Positions 1 to 13,209 are shown, counted from the stretch's first letter. The stretch: 64,000 nt of DNA from Rhizodiscina lignyota (GCA_010015805.1 ML978131.1:806001-870000); one strand, 5' to 3'. Program-made: numbers and translations. The notes: generated by a model not told the origin, from the letters alone.

Positions 1-26
1 AAAGCTTTTTTACAATTCGATACCAG

Positions 27-725
27 TTGAAGACCCGTTGGACATTCAGAGAACTGCTGCGCATGAAGGCCGCAATCTACCCAGACAAAGACATACGACA
101 CATATCCCGAGTATTTGTTCTGCACGCTTTGTGTCTTGATAATGTTCTATATGAACGTTACGAGGCTCGTAGTAATCCACAGGACCCCGATTATTTTCGA
201 ATGAATGTCTTCAATCACCATCCGAATGATCCGATAAAATGTTATAAGTATTGCACAGGGAAATGCAAGAGCAAGGACCCGGAGACTATGAGGAGGTCAA
301 CTGAGAAGGAGTTTATGGGTAAGTCTTCAGCTGCGCGGAATGTGGGAGACGGCTAACGATTCGGCCACGGGCCTCGATTTATAGGATACCGCAACAACGT
401 TCTTCATCAGAACGCTTCCACGTACGCGGCCGGGAACGCAACGAACAGACATGGCAATGCCTACCCTACTTCTCATGGCTATCCTCGAGGCAGTAGCGAC
501 TCCCGGACGGGAGCTTATCCTCAGCGCGTCAACTACTCTCAGCAGGCCAACTACTCTCGAACTGGCGCTGGCTATGGTAATGGCTATGGTCAATCCGGAT
601 GCTACGCTCAACCCGGGACACGCAAGATACCCGTAAACTACGGCTGGCCTGGCGCTTCTGGATATGAGCATGCTTGTTCGAATATGTACGGCAGTGGCTA
701 CGGCGGCGGATATGGTGGTGGATAG
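27..725 (+). CDS. 3' part of a hypothetical protein with a Gly/Tyr-rich low-complexity C-terminus (5' end probably lies before the window)
   Basis: Open frame 27-318 follows a possible CAG acceptor at 24-26. Intron 319-384 (GTAAGT...CTAAC...TAG) joins it in frame to an exon reading ...GAGYGNGYGQSG...GSGYGGGYGGG* (TAG 723-725). No family recognised. Confidence 0.55.
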
Positions 726-1741
726 GGCGGCGCATACGGTGGTGCATACGATCCTTGGTGATGCGTCATTCTTTACCAAGATCTGAAGACTGGATGCGTA
801 TTGAAACTTGGGAGATTGATGAGAGAAATTGGATTCATGCTCTGCATTGACATAATAAAATCGGTGGAGTTGGGAATTCTTGAGATGGCGTGGGAGCATG
901 CAATGTATCTGTTAAGATTGCAATACTTTTCCAAAATACAAGCAGATCGAATCCACTGATGCTTCCGAGGTGGTGCAACAGAATAGAGCAAAATCCTATT
1001 CCAGGTCCACGCCAGTAGTGTAACGGGGCTGCCATTAGGTGGTGAAGGCCGTTTGAATAGATAACTGAATGATATGCTACCTCTATATATAGATTGTGAG
1101 AAGATAAAGACGAACACGCAAGTCGCTCTCCAATATCGCAGTTGGTCCGGCGGTTGACTCCAAGCGAGGCTCTCTCTAGATGGGCGATGAAAGGGAAGGA
1201 CGCAATTCGAGAAACCAGCCCAAGTCGGGCCAAGTCCAGATGTATACGCGAGCCGTGGAAACGGTAGTCAGCGAGGAGCTTACTCTTCTCCCCAATCAGC
1301 CAGTGCCAATGCTTGTGGTGTTGCCTGGATTCGTATCAGTGCTTACCCTGGGTGCTATTGAAATATCTAGCCTCGAGCGTTACACACAATCAGAGCTTCC
1401 CCATTTCTCACTCTCGGAAGCAAATAACTTCTCTGGGCTCCCGCAAAGAGGAGAACCTGGGATTGCACCTTCTTGTCCAACGTTGTTTTGTCGATTCGGC
1501 GCAACTTCATTGCAGATTACGCGCGTTACGAGAACCCCTGTCCTGCCTCGGCTCAGCAAAAACGCGTGAGCTGTTGGCACCTCGAAACTCTACTTCACGC
1601 GAAGAAATCGGACCACACCCATCTCGAAATTCCCGCAGCCTTTGAGTGTTATACAGTCGGCAACAGCCTGCGCAGCTGCATAAACCCATTCCATCCCTTT
1701 TGCCTTGGGGTTGAGCTCCTTTCGACTCGGATCCAGTCAAG

Positions 1742-3423
1742 ATGGTGCAGCTTCCGACCTTCGAGCATACTCCTATGGAGGGCGTCGAAACGGCCTACAA
1801 AACTGTTTACGACAAGTTTCATACTCACACGACGAAGCCGATCGAATGGCGCCTCAAGCAGCTCCGGAAGCTCTATTGGGGGTAAATCATGCGCGTGTTA
1901 TGGGCTGATAGCCTTGCTGACTGAATGTGAACAGCATGAGGGACAATATGGACCTCATTAACGCCGCATGCCTGAAAGATTTGGGCAAACCAGTACATGA
2001 GACGTACCTTTCAGAGGTCGGATGGTGCATGAACGATATCATCTTCGTTTGCAAGAATCTGGCCAAATGGGTGAAGGATGAGAGCGCCCCAGACATTGAC
2101 TTGCTGAATAAAATCGTCAGCCCTACAATCCGCAAAGATCCCATGGGAGTTGTTCTTATTATCGGGTATGTGCAGATTGCAAAAATTGACCAATAGACAC
2201 GTTTTGACCAAAGGATAGCGCATACAACTTTCCCTTTCAGCTCTCCATTGGTCCGTTAATCGGGGCCATAGCAGCAGGCTGTACGGTTGTGCTCAAACCA
2301 AGCGAGAACGCCCCAGCTGCAGGAGCTGTAATTGAGAAGATCTTCAAAGAGTCACTAGACCCATCAGCATATCAGTGTGTGCAGGGTGGCGTGCCAGAAA
2401 CGACTTCCTTGCTCAACAACAAGTGGGATCTGATCTTCTACACTGGCAACGCAGCAGTTGGCACCATCATTGCTAAGAAGGCGGCAGAGACTCTGACACC
2501 AATCGTCTTGGAACTCGGCGGTCGCAACCCGGCTATCATCACCAAGAATGCAAACGTCCGTCTCGCAGCTCGCAGACTGTACTGGGCCAAGGTCCACAAT
2601 GCAGGACAGGTTTGCGTGAGCCAAAATTATATTCTCATTGACAAAGAAAAGCTAGCGGAATTCCTGCAAGAACTCAAGAACACAATTGCAGAGTTCTATC
2701 CTGATGGTGTGAAGAACTCCAAGGATTATGCTCGAATTGTGAACAACCGCCAATGGCAGCGCCTGAAGAAGATGTTGGATGAAAGCAAAGGCAAGATTCT
2801 GTTGGGCGGAACTATGGACGAAGCAGACAGGTTCCTGGAACCTACTGTTGTTCAAGTGGATGACCCAACGGACTCGCTGCTGGTTGACGAGAGCTTCGGC
2901 CCTCTCATCCCCATCTACCCTGTCAATGATCTTGACGAAGCCATCAGATTGGCAAATAAAGTTTCCGACACTTCCTTGGGTATCTATCCTTTCGGCAACA
3001 AGAAAGAAACCGCCCGAGGTACGCCGTCTTGAAGCATGGTAAATTGAGGTATACGAATCTGACTAAGATGTGACAGTTCTGAATGAAACCCGCTCTGGAG
3101 GTGCATCAATCAATGATGGTTTCTTCCATGCCTCCATCCCCACCCTGGCATTTGGTGGCGTCGGCCAGTCAGGTACGGGCTCGTACCGCGGCAAGGCATC
3201 TTTCGACGCGTTCACTCACCGACGCTCATTCACCAAGACGCCGGGCTGGATGGAAAGCCTATTGGCCATCAGATACCCGCCGTACACTGGCAAGACGAAG
3301 CAGTTCAGGCAAATGAACGAGCAGAAGCCGACCTTCGACCGTGATGGAAACGTGTACTTCACCAGTAGGCTCAAGGCCTGGTTGTTTGGGACGAACACGC
3401 TGGTTGTGGTGCTACGTAAGTAG
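1742..3423 (+). CDS. Aldehyde dehydrogenase, ALDH3/fatty-aldehyde class (HFD1 / YLO-1 / CarD-like)
   Basis: Starts MVQLPTFEHTP...WRLKQLRKLYWG. Introns at about 1882-1934, 2166-2218 and 3019-3076. Motifs: YNFP, LKPSE, FYTG, LELGG (catalytic Glu), AGQVC (catalytic Cys), ESFGP, FGGVGQSGTG. A further GTAAGT donor at about 3416 may add a short last exon ending near 3553. Confidence 0.92.
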
Positions 3424-4386
3424 TCATATGTTTCTTGAAGTTTAGAACTCAATCCTTCTCGCGAAACCGCGAAGCTATTGGCGGATGTCGAGGTCTTCTG
3501 GGATATTCGCAAGCGCTTCGTCATTCAATCGTAGACATGGTTGCTAATGGTTGACGCAGTCGCTGTTGGTATCCAACAGTACATGCAACGCAGATCCAAG
3601 CTGTAAAATCGCCGGTTCTAATCGCAAGCCAACCTGCTCTCGTTCGTTGGAATGTCGCCGACAAGTTAAATACCCCAAAGTTTTGAGCGGACGCTCTTTT
3701 ATCTCTCATTCTCAAAGGAAATCGTACAAAAATGCCCGTTCGTAAAGGAGGGCAGAACCTGCAGGATGTGTTTGACAAGGCTTCTCTGGCGAGAAATTGG
3801 TTGGTTCTCCGGGCGTGGTTTGCGAAATGTGGCTGTGGCTGTGCGCATATGGGCGCTTAAGTTTTGCAGGTGTGGAGTGGCTGCGATAACCGCCGACGCC
3901 ACGCCGGGAAGGTTTACGCGCCTCAATATTGGATGTTCATTGTTCAACCTTGCGGTTTTGCGGTTGAGCAATTAATTTTCAAGTCTACTGTCGTGTAACA
4001 TGTTCGTCCGAAATACTGGGTGAGTGGCAGGGTACGGATCAATCCCAGCTCTCTTGGTATCGCTCATTTGCTCGTGCTCATCCAGCTCGAGAAAAAATTG
4101 TGGGCCCTCATTGCGAGCGTGCAGTAAAGTTGATATGCAAAAATGAAGAGTAATGTAAGGGTTTGAAGGTTTCAGTTGCAATGCAAGACTTTTGCTGTCC
4201 GCCTCGGCATGCTATGCTCGCGATGCGACTCGTAAGTATATATACAAGAAGGCGTTGAATTAGAAAAGTATGAGAAGAAAATGAACATCGAATAAGGGAA
4301 TTCGTTTCCTTCCATGAAACGTAGTGATACAAGCAAGAAGACGAAGAACGCCAGCCCAATGCAATGCAGTAATAACAATCAATCCC

Positions 4387-5118
4387 TTAGTTCTTCGGGC
4401 CGAAGAAGAAGTACAGCGCAGAGTACTTGACCTCGAAGTCGCCCTCGCGGTTTGCGCAAGTCTTGTCTTGCATGCCACCGGCAGTCTCGATACGGTAGAC
4501 AGCGCCGCCCTCAAGAGGTGTGCCAGCGGAGAAGCCGAGTGCGTTGTCACCCAGTTGCAGCCAGTCGACCGCGCCCTCACCCTGAGCGCCGGCGTATGCA
4601 CCTGCTGGTGCTGGGATATCGCCCGTCTTCTTGCAGGCGATTTGCCCGGATGGGTTGGCTTTGTCCAGGACAAACGTAGGAACGAGGCCTGCGCCAAAGA
4701 AGTGATTACCGACCTGCTTAAGGTTGAGCGGGAAAGGGAGCTGGCTGGGCTCAAGGCCAGTGCTCTCGAAGAGGCCAAGCGCTAGGGCCGGCGTGCTCTG
4801 CTCCATGTTCAGTGTAGCGTCGCGAGTGTTGCCCATGGTGAGGAGAGGAGCGGCGTCAAAGAGCTCCGCGACAGCGCCAACCGACACCGGCGCACCGGCG
4901 GAGGATTTGGGAGTTGCAGAGCAGGTGTAGTTCTGTGTGCCGACACCGAGAGTGGCGTACTTCAGCTCCAGGGAGGAGTCAACAGCTGGGAGGGCGGATT
5001 GAGGAAGGGAGATTTTCGAGAGTTCGCTACTTGAGCCCTTTGCGCGTGGCAGAAGATCGTGAGGGAGCGCCAGGGCAGTGGTCGCCGAGAGAGACAGGAG
5101 TAGCGTTGAGAACTGCAT
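4387..5118 (-). CDS. Secreted DUF3455-family protein (often mis-annotated as 'malate dehydrogenase')
   Basis: Signal peptide MQFSTLLLSLSATTALA. Family motifs GVGTQNYTC, GAVAELFD, GNHFF, GAVDWLQL, VYRIETAGG, and a terminal YSALYFFF. Confidence 0.85.
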   Translation of the reverse strand: MQFSTLLLSLSATTALALPHDLLPRAKGSSSELSKISLPQSALPAVDSSLELKYATLGVGTQNYTCSATPKSSAGAPVSVGAVAELFDAAPLLTMGNTRDATLNMEQSTPALALGLFESTGLEPSQLPFPLNLKQVGNHFFGAGLVPTFVLDKANPSGQIACKKTGDIPAPAGAYAGAQGEGAVDWLQLGDNALGFSAGTPLEGGAVYRIETAGGMQDKTCANREGDFEVKYSALYFFFGPKN

Positions 5119-8100
5119 TCTGATGGGTTCGAAATGTACTGAGTAGTCGGAAGACGAGGTTCGTTGAGGTGCGTGGATTCGGTTTAGAGCCGATGGTATG
5201 CGATATCTGACTACTATATCTCGATATCGAAAAAGGTGACTTTAATTAAGCTTTAGGAGGCTCGAGCTTTAAAGTTCTTTGGGGTGAAAGGTGGTAGGCT
5301 GAGCAAGCTGTGGAAAGAGAGACGCAGCGTGGAGGTTGTTTAATGTAAAGTGAGAGTTGGGTAATAAATTAGACTGAAATAATAGAAAGGAACTGGAGTT
5401 TATGCGAGATGCGAATGCAAGTGTCTTATACGATAGTGAAGTGAACACTAGAAGTGGGAGGAGGCTAGAGACTTATATGTATCCTGCCGTGAGCGCAATG
5501 CGGACCCAGACGTTCGGATTTGAAAAACGCCAGATGCGAGCGCCTCGACATGGTCCCGGCGTGCACGGCGAGAATGTAATATTAGAGGAGCCTCACGGAG
5601 CTGCTGCAAAACGTCCATCTGGCTCTCGCGGCCGCAGACGCCGACATTCTCGATGCGTGGCGCACAGACGGTGGAGGCTCTGGTGACGGTTTGTCAGATG
5701 GAGCAGTTAGGCCCGAACGGGTAAAGGCACAACGAGCTTAATCAAATGACCAGGGCGATAGGAGCAGAGGATTTGCTAAGGATAGAAAGACGCAGGCAGG
5801 GTGGAGGTCGCGCGGGTGCAGATGGCAGATGGCAAACACCACGACTCGCAGCGGATCGGCGCATGGGGTGGCTGGCGGCATCGGGTCCGCCTTCGTCTTC
5901 TAAGAAAACCCTAAGAAAAGCCCGGCCACTTTTGCTTAGGCTCCCCTGTCAGACGCGCTTATGTCGTGGACAGACCACGCTGGACATTAGACCGACTCGC
6001 ATATTGATTGCCCTCTTCGGCCGTGTGAGAGTACCAGACTCGGAGAGCGGATACTGAGATCACTTACACCCTCGGGCAATCTCTTTGAATGCGACTCTTT
6101 TGCAGTCCTGACCACTTCCTGAGGCCGAGGCAAAAAGAAAAGAACGGGCGTTAGACAAAGAACGGGGGTAGAGCAGGAGGCTCCATGCAAGATCCAGCCA
6201 TGGCGGAAAGAGCCCTGAGGGTTGATTGACCGCTAATTACACGCATGGGGTGCTATTAGGCATCATTTACCCCGATCGCCGACTAGACGACGGATGCTGA
6301 ATGGTTGCTGTGCAATTTGCGTGGCGGGATAATTATAGTAAAATTGCTCTTCTCGGCGCATTTTGGCTCGCTTGGCACGGAACGCCACGAACGCCATCCC
6401 GACCTTCTTCCAACCTCCACCCCAGCATCTTCAACCACATGGCTGGTCAGCATCGCCCTTTCCCTTTTCTTGCGGCACAGCACTCTCCTCTCGCTCTCGT
6501 CTCACGGAGTCGCGGCTAATGCGTCAAATTCACGCGCCGTGGTAACGTCAAAGCCTCAATCGGCTTCTGACAAACTTCTTCTAGCGTCTTCTAGCAGACT
6601 GACTGTCTAGAACTACAATCGAGTTCGTCTTTCTCAGACAATCTTCTCTCCGCTTTGACTCCCCCTTTGACTTCCAGCTCACTTGCGAGATACGGAGATT
6701 TCTCACAGCCAACACAAGCTAGAGACGCCGACCCTTGAATTGTGCGTCTATAGTTCTCGCAAGCGAAATTTCGCCGGGGATATCCTGTCGGTGAATTCAT
6801 CTTGGCTCGTGGAGAGCAGCTGATCTCACCACGCAGACTCGAAAACCAACATCGACCATGATCCTTCAGAGTTTGGACACTCTACGACCCACTATCCGGA
6901 ACCCAGCCGAGTTAAAGAGCCTTAATCCTTGCACGCCAAGAGCATCAAATCATCGCAAATTTCTCTTTTGCAGGAAGTTGACACCCCGGCAATCAATCCA
7001 CAACTTAGATAATAACTTTATTTTTATGGTGGAACCGGTACTTTTTGCCGGAAGGGCTGAACCACCTTGCGCGTATGGCTTATTAGAAGTCTCCATTCCT
7101 TTCGTATCGTCTTCCAAATCGCTTGGAGGAAATGGTTCGATTCTTTGAGCCAAGAGGTGTGTGGTTTCTCCGCAAGCTTGGAGGTCTCGGATGGACCGGC
7201 GTGGGACGAGCATATTTTGGACGACTGTATCCGAAAAGCTTTATGAAAAGCTTTCCGGCTCACTCATCTTGACCATAGCCTACGTTTTGCGACGTTCGGT
7301 GTCCCAGCTTCTTTCATTAAGGCATCAAAAGTTCGCCAACACTATCGAAGCCGAACGCCACAGCGACATCTCCAAGTCCGCGTCCACTTGCAATTTCGGC
7401 ACAAATCACTGTAAGCCGAGCACTTAATACGACGCACGCAATTCGGTAGCAGCCGTATGACATTTCGGTGCGACGGTGACGCGGTTCGGCTTATTCGCTC
7501 CACGGCAAGCATCATATCTTTAAATCTAAGTCAGCACCCTACTTCGCGACCCCACGGCTCGACTTTTTCCAGACTTCCACCCATTGATGCTCAAGCAGTG
7601 ACTATATTCAATATACAGGCGCATACAAATCATACCGGACCTACGATTCCGGTCTTGGCAGCTGTCACTGATGATTACTATTTGCCCCCCTCGAACTCTG
7701 GGCAGCCTGTCAAGCAACATCTGTGTGCGGTGCAACGTCAGATTGCGGTGTATCTGCCATGTGGCTCTTCTGGCCCTCATCAAAGTGGGTTCTTGGGTCG
7801 CTGTCGGCGCGGCACTCTCGCATCTCTCGGCTGCGCCACAACTTGACCCAGATGATTCTCACTACAAATCCATCACGCGGTACTCATACTGTGGAACAAC
7901 ACTGGGACCACGCTCGAGTGAGATCGTTTTGTCATCGAATGTCTCGAAAAGCGGTGGGCGTTTTCTAAAGGCATGATTATGACACGATGGGCTATGCCTC
8001 GGAGCCTCAGCCACAACGACTTCGATTTCAAAAGCATCCCTACCGGAGTTGTACAACCCGTTCGGCCCATGAGCAGGACCACTTCATTCACTGCGGATGA

Positions 8101-8612
8101 CCTGTATGCGTTGTTGCGTAGGTGAGGCTCAAACCGTTGCTTGTCTTAATGCTTGGACTTTCAATCTGAGCGCAGCCCCAGTAAGGGACAAGAGCAATCT
8201 TTTGCGGCGCAAACTCGATTAAGACAATCTTCGCAATGAGCCATGAAGCCGATCTTATCAAGCAGCTGCCCTAAATCGTTAGTCGCACGAGTATCGCAAA
8301 GAAAGGTACCTCAAAGCACGCTGCATATTTGGTAGTCGCGAGCAGCACTCTGCATAGCAAATACTTCGCTGCAGTCTCCGGCCAAAGGTATACGTAAGTA
8401 TCAGAAATGGCACGATTTTGCAAACAGCTTGCTTGCCTGAGGCTGCATTCGACATCAATGCAGGGACTTCGCTCGCCGCTCCTCCCTGCGGAATCTACGT
8501 GGGGAGTCATATTGGCCGCCGCTTTGTTTGCCAACACTTCTCATTGTGCAGTTCTGACCAGCCTCAAATGTGCCTTCCTGTCAACAACATCAACGTTCTT
8601 TCCCTTTTCATC

Positions 8613-10248
8613 ATGATGTTCGATGGTAAACGGACTTCCCGCCTGAGGAGAGATGTCTTTTCTCCTCTCATGCAACTCACGCAGCACTTATTTCCAATCA
8701 ATCGTTTGAAGAGCTGCAATTATCGTCACCTGCACATCATTCACTCCATAGCACGAGCGCAAATGTTGTATCGTCATCTACTCAACTTAATTCTCTCGTT
8801 ATGGATCGTTCTCTTCATAATTCCCACTCTTCAATACCTGCTCATGCTTGCGTACCAGGGCCTCCAGAGAATGACATTGGGGCAGAACAAGGTCCGCATT
8901 TGGACCAAACCAGTCTTGTTGGAGGTTCTGGATGTAAGGCCTCACCTAAATATTCACCTTCGTTGCGCTGGCATTGATGACTCTCTCAGTACAATCAAAT
9001 AGACCAACACCCAACTCTCCCAGCGACGGGAAGCATCCTCCAGCTCGGAGCGAACGGTTCCTCAGTGCGTACTTGAATGTGCATCCGCGGCAACTTTTAG
9101 TTTATCTCGACGCTCTCCACCAACACATGTGTTACCTCTCAGGCCATGCGCATGAATGGGTCGAATACATGCCCACTCTCGACTCTGAAGTGCGTTCGCA
9201 ATTCCCTGGTCTACAAAATCGTGCTCTCCGAAGACATTGGCGTGACACTCTGCATAGAGATGCCACCAAGACCATTTTTAACGTGCTCTTCGCATGCGAA
9301 CACATCAAAGCTGTCGCTGACGCAGTGTGGAATGTACTCAAGGCACCATTTGATGAGAGATCAGAAGCTCTCCGCCACGTTCAACTAGTGCTCGATGAAG
9401 AGATCGATATTGACCATATTGGCGGAGCGCCATTCAATATCAACGATCTCCTCGCAGTCGATGTTCAGAGCAACGACGACTCCGTTCCGCGAGCAGTGCG
9501 CTGGGATCACCTCCTCAGCAAAGCTTTCTCGCTGATCTCATCACAACCCTTCAGAGACCTCAACAGTTCACCGGCAGCGCGCGCACGGCTCTTGGCGCAG
9601 TTGAATGAGGCCCCAAACATCCCGATCGACCTTGATACCTATGTTGTACAACTGCGCCCGATAGGCTGGACAATAGCGCATGATGCTCTTCTAGTTGAGT
9701 TCGCTGTCACACACGACCTCCCAGGGACGTGGCAGGGCCAGTTCCTCTGCCGACGCAACCAGAAGTTTCCGAAGTCGTGGTTGTGCCAACGGCTAAGAAC
9801 ATTGGACTTTGCAAAGTTTGATCCACCGCCGGGCTGGAATGGAGGGCATGTCAGTGCGCTGCTGGAAGTCTATGAAAAGATTGTTGCGGACTCATACAAT
9901 CGAATCTTCAAGGGTGGCGCGAGGATGCCTGTCGACATAGGCGCCGCGGAAATTTGTCCTGAGCCAAACACATTCTACGAGAGCGTGCGGAGCGAATTTG
10001 GGTGGACGGGACAACGGTTCGTTCATGACGGCTACAAGATTGAGAAGGATCTCTCATGCGGGGAACATAGTGCTACAACCCTTCGACCTCCTCGCGGTGG
10101 TGTGGTGAGAGTGAGCGTCCTTTGGCTGAGTTGGTGGATGATGACGTATATTGGGGCAGTGAGGGTTAGTTCGAACATGAAGCCGTCTCGTACAAGCTGG
10201 GAGACACTTTGCGACGCATGGGAGGACAGGATGGATATCCTTCGTTGA
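8613..10248 (+). CDS. Hypothetical protein (about 500 aa, 3 exons predicted)
   Basis: Long stop-free exon about 8990-10248. Upstream introns 8626-8684 (GTAAAC...GCAG) and about 8933-8989 (GTAAGG...TCAG) link an in-frame Ser/His-rich exon back to ATG 8613 (MMFDALISNQSFEE...). Start position uncertain. Confidence 0.6.
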
Positions 10249-10692
10249 ACTCTTACTTGAATAGCATGTACTAGCGCCACGAGATGTGCAGTAATGTTTA
10301 GCACGGCTGCCCTCGAGCCTACTAGCAAGCAATAAGAGAATTCCAGTTTCTGCTCATGTGATTCTGTCTCAGAAATCGGAGAGACACTCCCGCTGCGGTT
10401 GACCGATCCCCGCCCGCTCAGTTCAACAATTGCAAATTCTGGGACGGGGCTGAACACCGTAGCATTTCAGCTCTGCAGAGAGCTGGAATTGAAGAGGCTT
10501 CCACTCTTTACATAGGTTGATCGATGAGCTATCGATTGGTTCGAGCTGAAGAAATGGGTTTCAACTTAGTCACACTATGAAGTAAACCTTTTAAATTTCG
10601 TTTCAAGGGTTCAGCATTCACTCGAATAGGCTCGAGATATGCCGAACTGGTACCTTGTTCAGCGATAGCTATTTTGGGCTAAGCATAATAAC

Positions 10693-12087
10693 TTAATTTA
10701 CATTTCCGGTCCCTTTGTCCAATCTTGCCGCCAACCAAGCCGCAAATGCTGCAAACAATTCTACCTGCTTCCGGGCCTCGCAAAACTTTAGCAGCGCCTC
10801 GTACTGCTTATCTACTTTGACACCGGTCGCCGCAAGGACTTTGGTTTGATCAATTGGACATAGATACGGAGGCTGTCTCGCATCCTCGGCCAGAGACGCT
10901 GTTCCTTGCATAATGCACGCGTAATAAACACAGTGGTCGATGCCGAAGCAATGGCCCAGTTCGTGACTGGCAGTCTTGCAGATACGTCCGAGCCAGAGGC
11001 CTGTGAGATCAGAAGGCGAAGGCGATGATAGTTGCGGCTGAAGTTCTGAGTGCGCTTTGACAGCATCATGCAGAGGCGAGTCCAGGGGTTTCTCCCCGCC
11101 CTTTGAGCTATTCGTTTTGGATGTCTCGATCTTCGCTTTCTTCTTCGGCCGCTTTGTTGGTTTGGCAGCGTTACACTTCGACTCAACATAGGACTTGCAA
11201 TGCGAAGTCGGCCAAGCGTGTGCTCGATCGACTCGCTCTGTAGCATCCAGCGTTGGATTGTATCGTGCGGACGAGACAACCGCAACCCGACTCCCACCAT
11301 ACGCCCTTCCACAGCAGAAATCGTCTTCATCGTGCTCGTACATGTCATGTTCTACAAGTAGCACAAGAGCATATGCGTCATTTGGGAGGAAACTGACCGC
11401 AACATCCAAAATGTCGTTGAGATTGAGCTGAGCCTCATATGCTTCGTCGTATACTCGTACACCGATACGGGTGACATCTTTACTTGTACCGAGCCCAACG
11501 TATTTGGGAACTGCGGACTGCTTTTTCTTCAGCCTCGACGGTTTGGCATTCTTATCCCATGCGAAGAACGATAGGTCCTGCTTCAGCGGCTCAACAGGGA
11601 GACCATGGTAGAAGGCAGACAGGTAGTCAATGATGTTCTGTGTTGCTGGATGCGGCGGCGATTGAACTGCATCTTTTGCTTCTGGAAAGGGAATAGTCCA
11701 GTCCTTCATGAAGCCAACTTCGTCGGATATCCCTGGAGGTGCGCAAACATAGACCGTCCGCCTCCGGCTCGTGACCTTGTTCCGCTGTTCTTCATCCTCC
11801 CACTCTTCGACACTCTGTGGCGGATAGTCAGGGTCAAGAGCCAAATCATCGTCAGGCAGCACTAGCGGTGCCGGGAATGTCCAGTCGTAGTCGAGAACAG
11901 GTGATGAATTTTTGGATTCGTCTCTCCGGCTTTTTGAGGCCGCTTGACCTTTTTTGAGGAATGCTGCAGCATCACCAAGTTCGTTGGTCGACCTTAGCTT
12001 ATAACCACTTTCTGCAGCATGTGTCGAAGCTGTGAAAGTAAGCCGTTCGTGTAGGCAGGGCTTCTGAGATTTTGAGGTTGGTGCCAT
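10693..12087 (-). CDS. Archaemetzincin-like zinc metallopeptidase (family M54)
   Basis: Single 464-aa ORF with HELGHCFGIDHC (HExxHxxGxxH), followed by CIMQG (Met-turn) and LCPID, plus FCCGRAYGGSRVAVVS. Confidence 0.85.
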   Translation of the reverse strand: MAPTSKSQKPCLHERLTFTASTHAAESGYKLRSTNELGDAAAFLKKGQAASKSRRDESKNSSPVLDYDWTFPAPLVLPDDDLALDPDYPPQSVEEWEDEEQRNKVTSRRRTVYVCAPPGISDEVGFMKDWTIPFPEAKDAVQSPPHPATQNIIDYLSAFYHGLPVEPLKQDLSFFAWDKNAKPSRLKKKQSAVPKYVGLGTSKDVTRIGVRVYDEAYEAQLNLNDILDVAVSFLPNDAYALVLLVEHDMYEHDEDDFCCGRAYGGSRVAVVSSARYNPTLDATERVDRAHAWPTSHCKSYVESKCNAAKPTKRPKKKAKIETSKTNSSKGGEKPLDSPLHDAVKAHSELQPQLSSPSPSDLTGLWLGRICKTASHELGHCFGIDHCVYYACIMQGTASLAEDARQPPYLCPIDQTKVLAATGVKVDKQYEALLKFCEARKQVELFAAFAAWLAARLDKGTGNVN

Positions 12088-13209
12088 GTCGAAGGAATTT
12101 GAGACGCGTCGATCTATGCGCTGAAAAGAGAAAACTCGAAATCACCTCATTGTCGAGCTACTTATATACTGCTCCTTGACGCATCTAAGGTCGATGGATG
12201 CCTAAGATAGGCAGCACAGCCCTTGTATGCGAAAAGCCTGAAGGATCTAACAAACATCTCAACGGCGTGGGGGCGGAAACGCGTGTCCACGTGACATATA
12301 TTTATTACTTTTCTTCAGTCTTCCCCAATTCTCTCACTCCCCCTAGGAACGTTCTTTGTTCATAAACTGCACAAGACACATAGTGATACTGGCTATACAT
12401 AATCAATCTACAAGCTTAAGAGATTTAGAAGGCTTTTATATTGATAATGCACTCCTCTAATCTTCAATTACCTGAGCCTGGCTCATGCGAGGCAGCTTGC
12501 TCGTTGACTGAAATTACAGAGCAATATGAGCAATTTCTAAGCTTTCTAGTCACCATGCGGCTCCACCGAATATCGATATGCTTTGGAAGAAGCTGCTGAA
12601 GACAATGCCACAGGCTGTGGTCACGTCTGGAAGTTGGCATGAAACCGTGATAGCGTATGACATTCTCGGTCTCGATGTCAAGCCAGATTATGGCGCAGCC
12701 GGCCAGAACAACCTGTGTTACGTTGCAGTTGTTAGCTGGGACGGCCGTGGCATTGAGTTTTGGATGCTATTTCCGCAGCTTTGCAGCTGGCTGTACGTCG
12801 AGGCCGAAAGAATCACCCGGAGAGAGCTCATCGTACTCGTTAGGAAGGTAGGGGAATTGAAAGGGCGACTTTGTTGAAACAGATCGTCGAAATCTTGAAA
12901 GATGAGGGAATGAAGAGAAATTTGAAAATGACGGTTTCGTCAGGATGTACTTGCGCAAAATAAAGTTCAATGAAGGAGGAGTCCTGTTTAGGGTTTGAAG
13001 CTCGGCTTCATCCTTTATTGAACCCCTCCGCAGCATTTGGAAGAATTTGAGCACAGCGGTGCTTCCGCAGGAGCAGTGTTGGGCGAGAACTGATAGTGAA
13101 AATCTTCGAGAAGATGATGGGAAACGGGATCGTCGAACGAACGCCTTCTAATTGCCTTTCTATGGAACATCACTCCATGCCGCTCTAGCCCAACCGGTGA
13201 ACCAGATAG

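Noticed and set aside
327..899. 190-aa minus-strand ORF
   Set aside because: Antisense shadow of the Gly/Tyr-rich plus-strand exon; TTG start and no family features.
5200..8400. Many short overlapping ORFs, some with faintly protein-like stretches (6860-7430, 7670-8125)
   Set aside because: Interrupted by stops, with no recognisable motifs or consistent splice model; cannot be distinguished from intergenic DNA.
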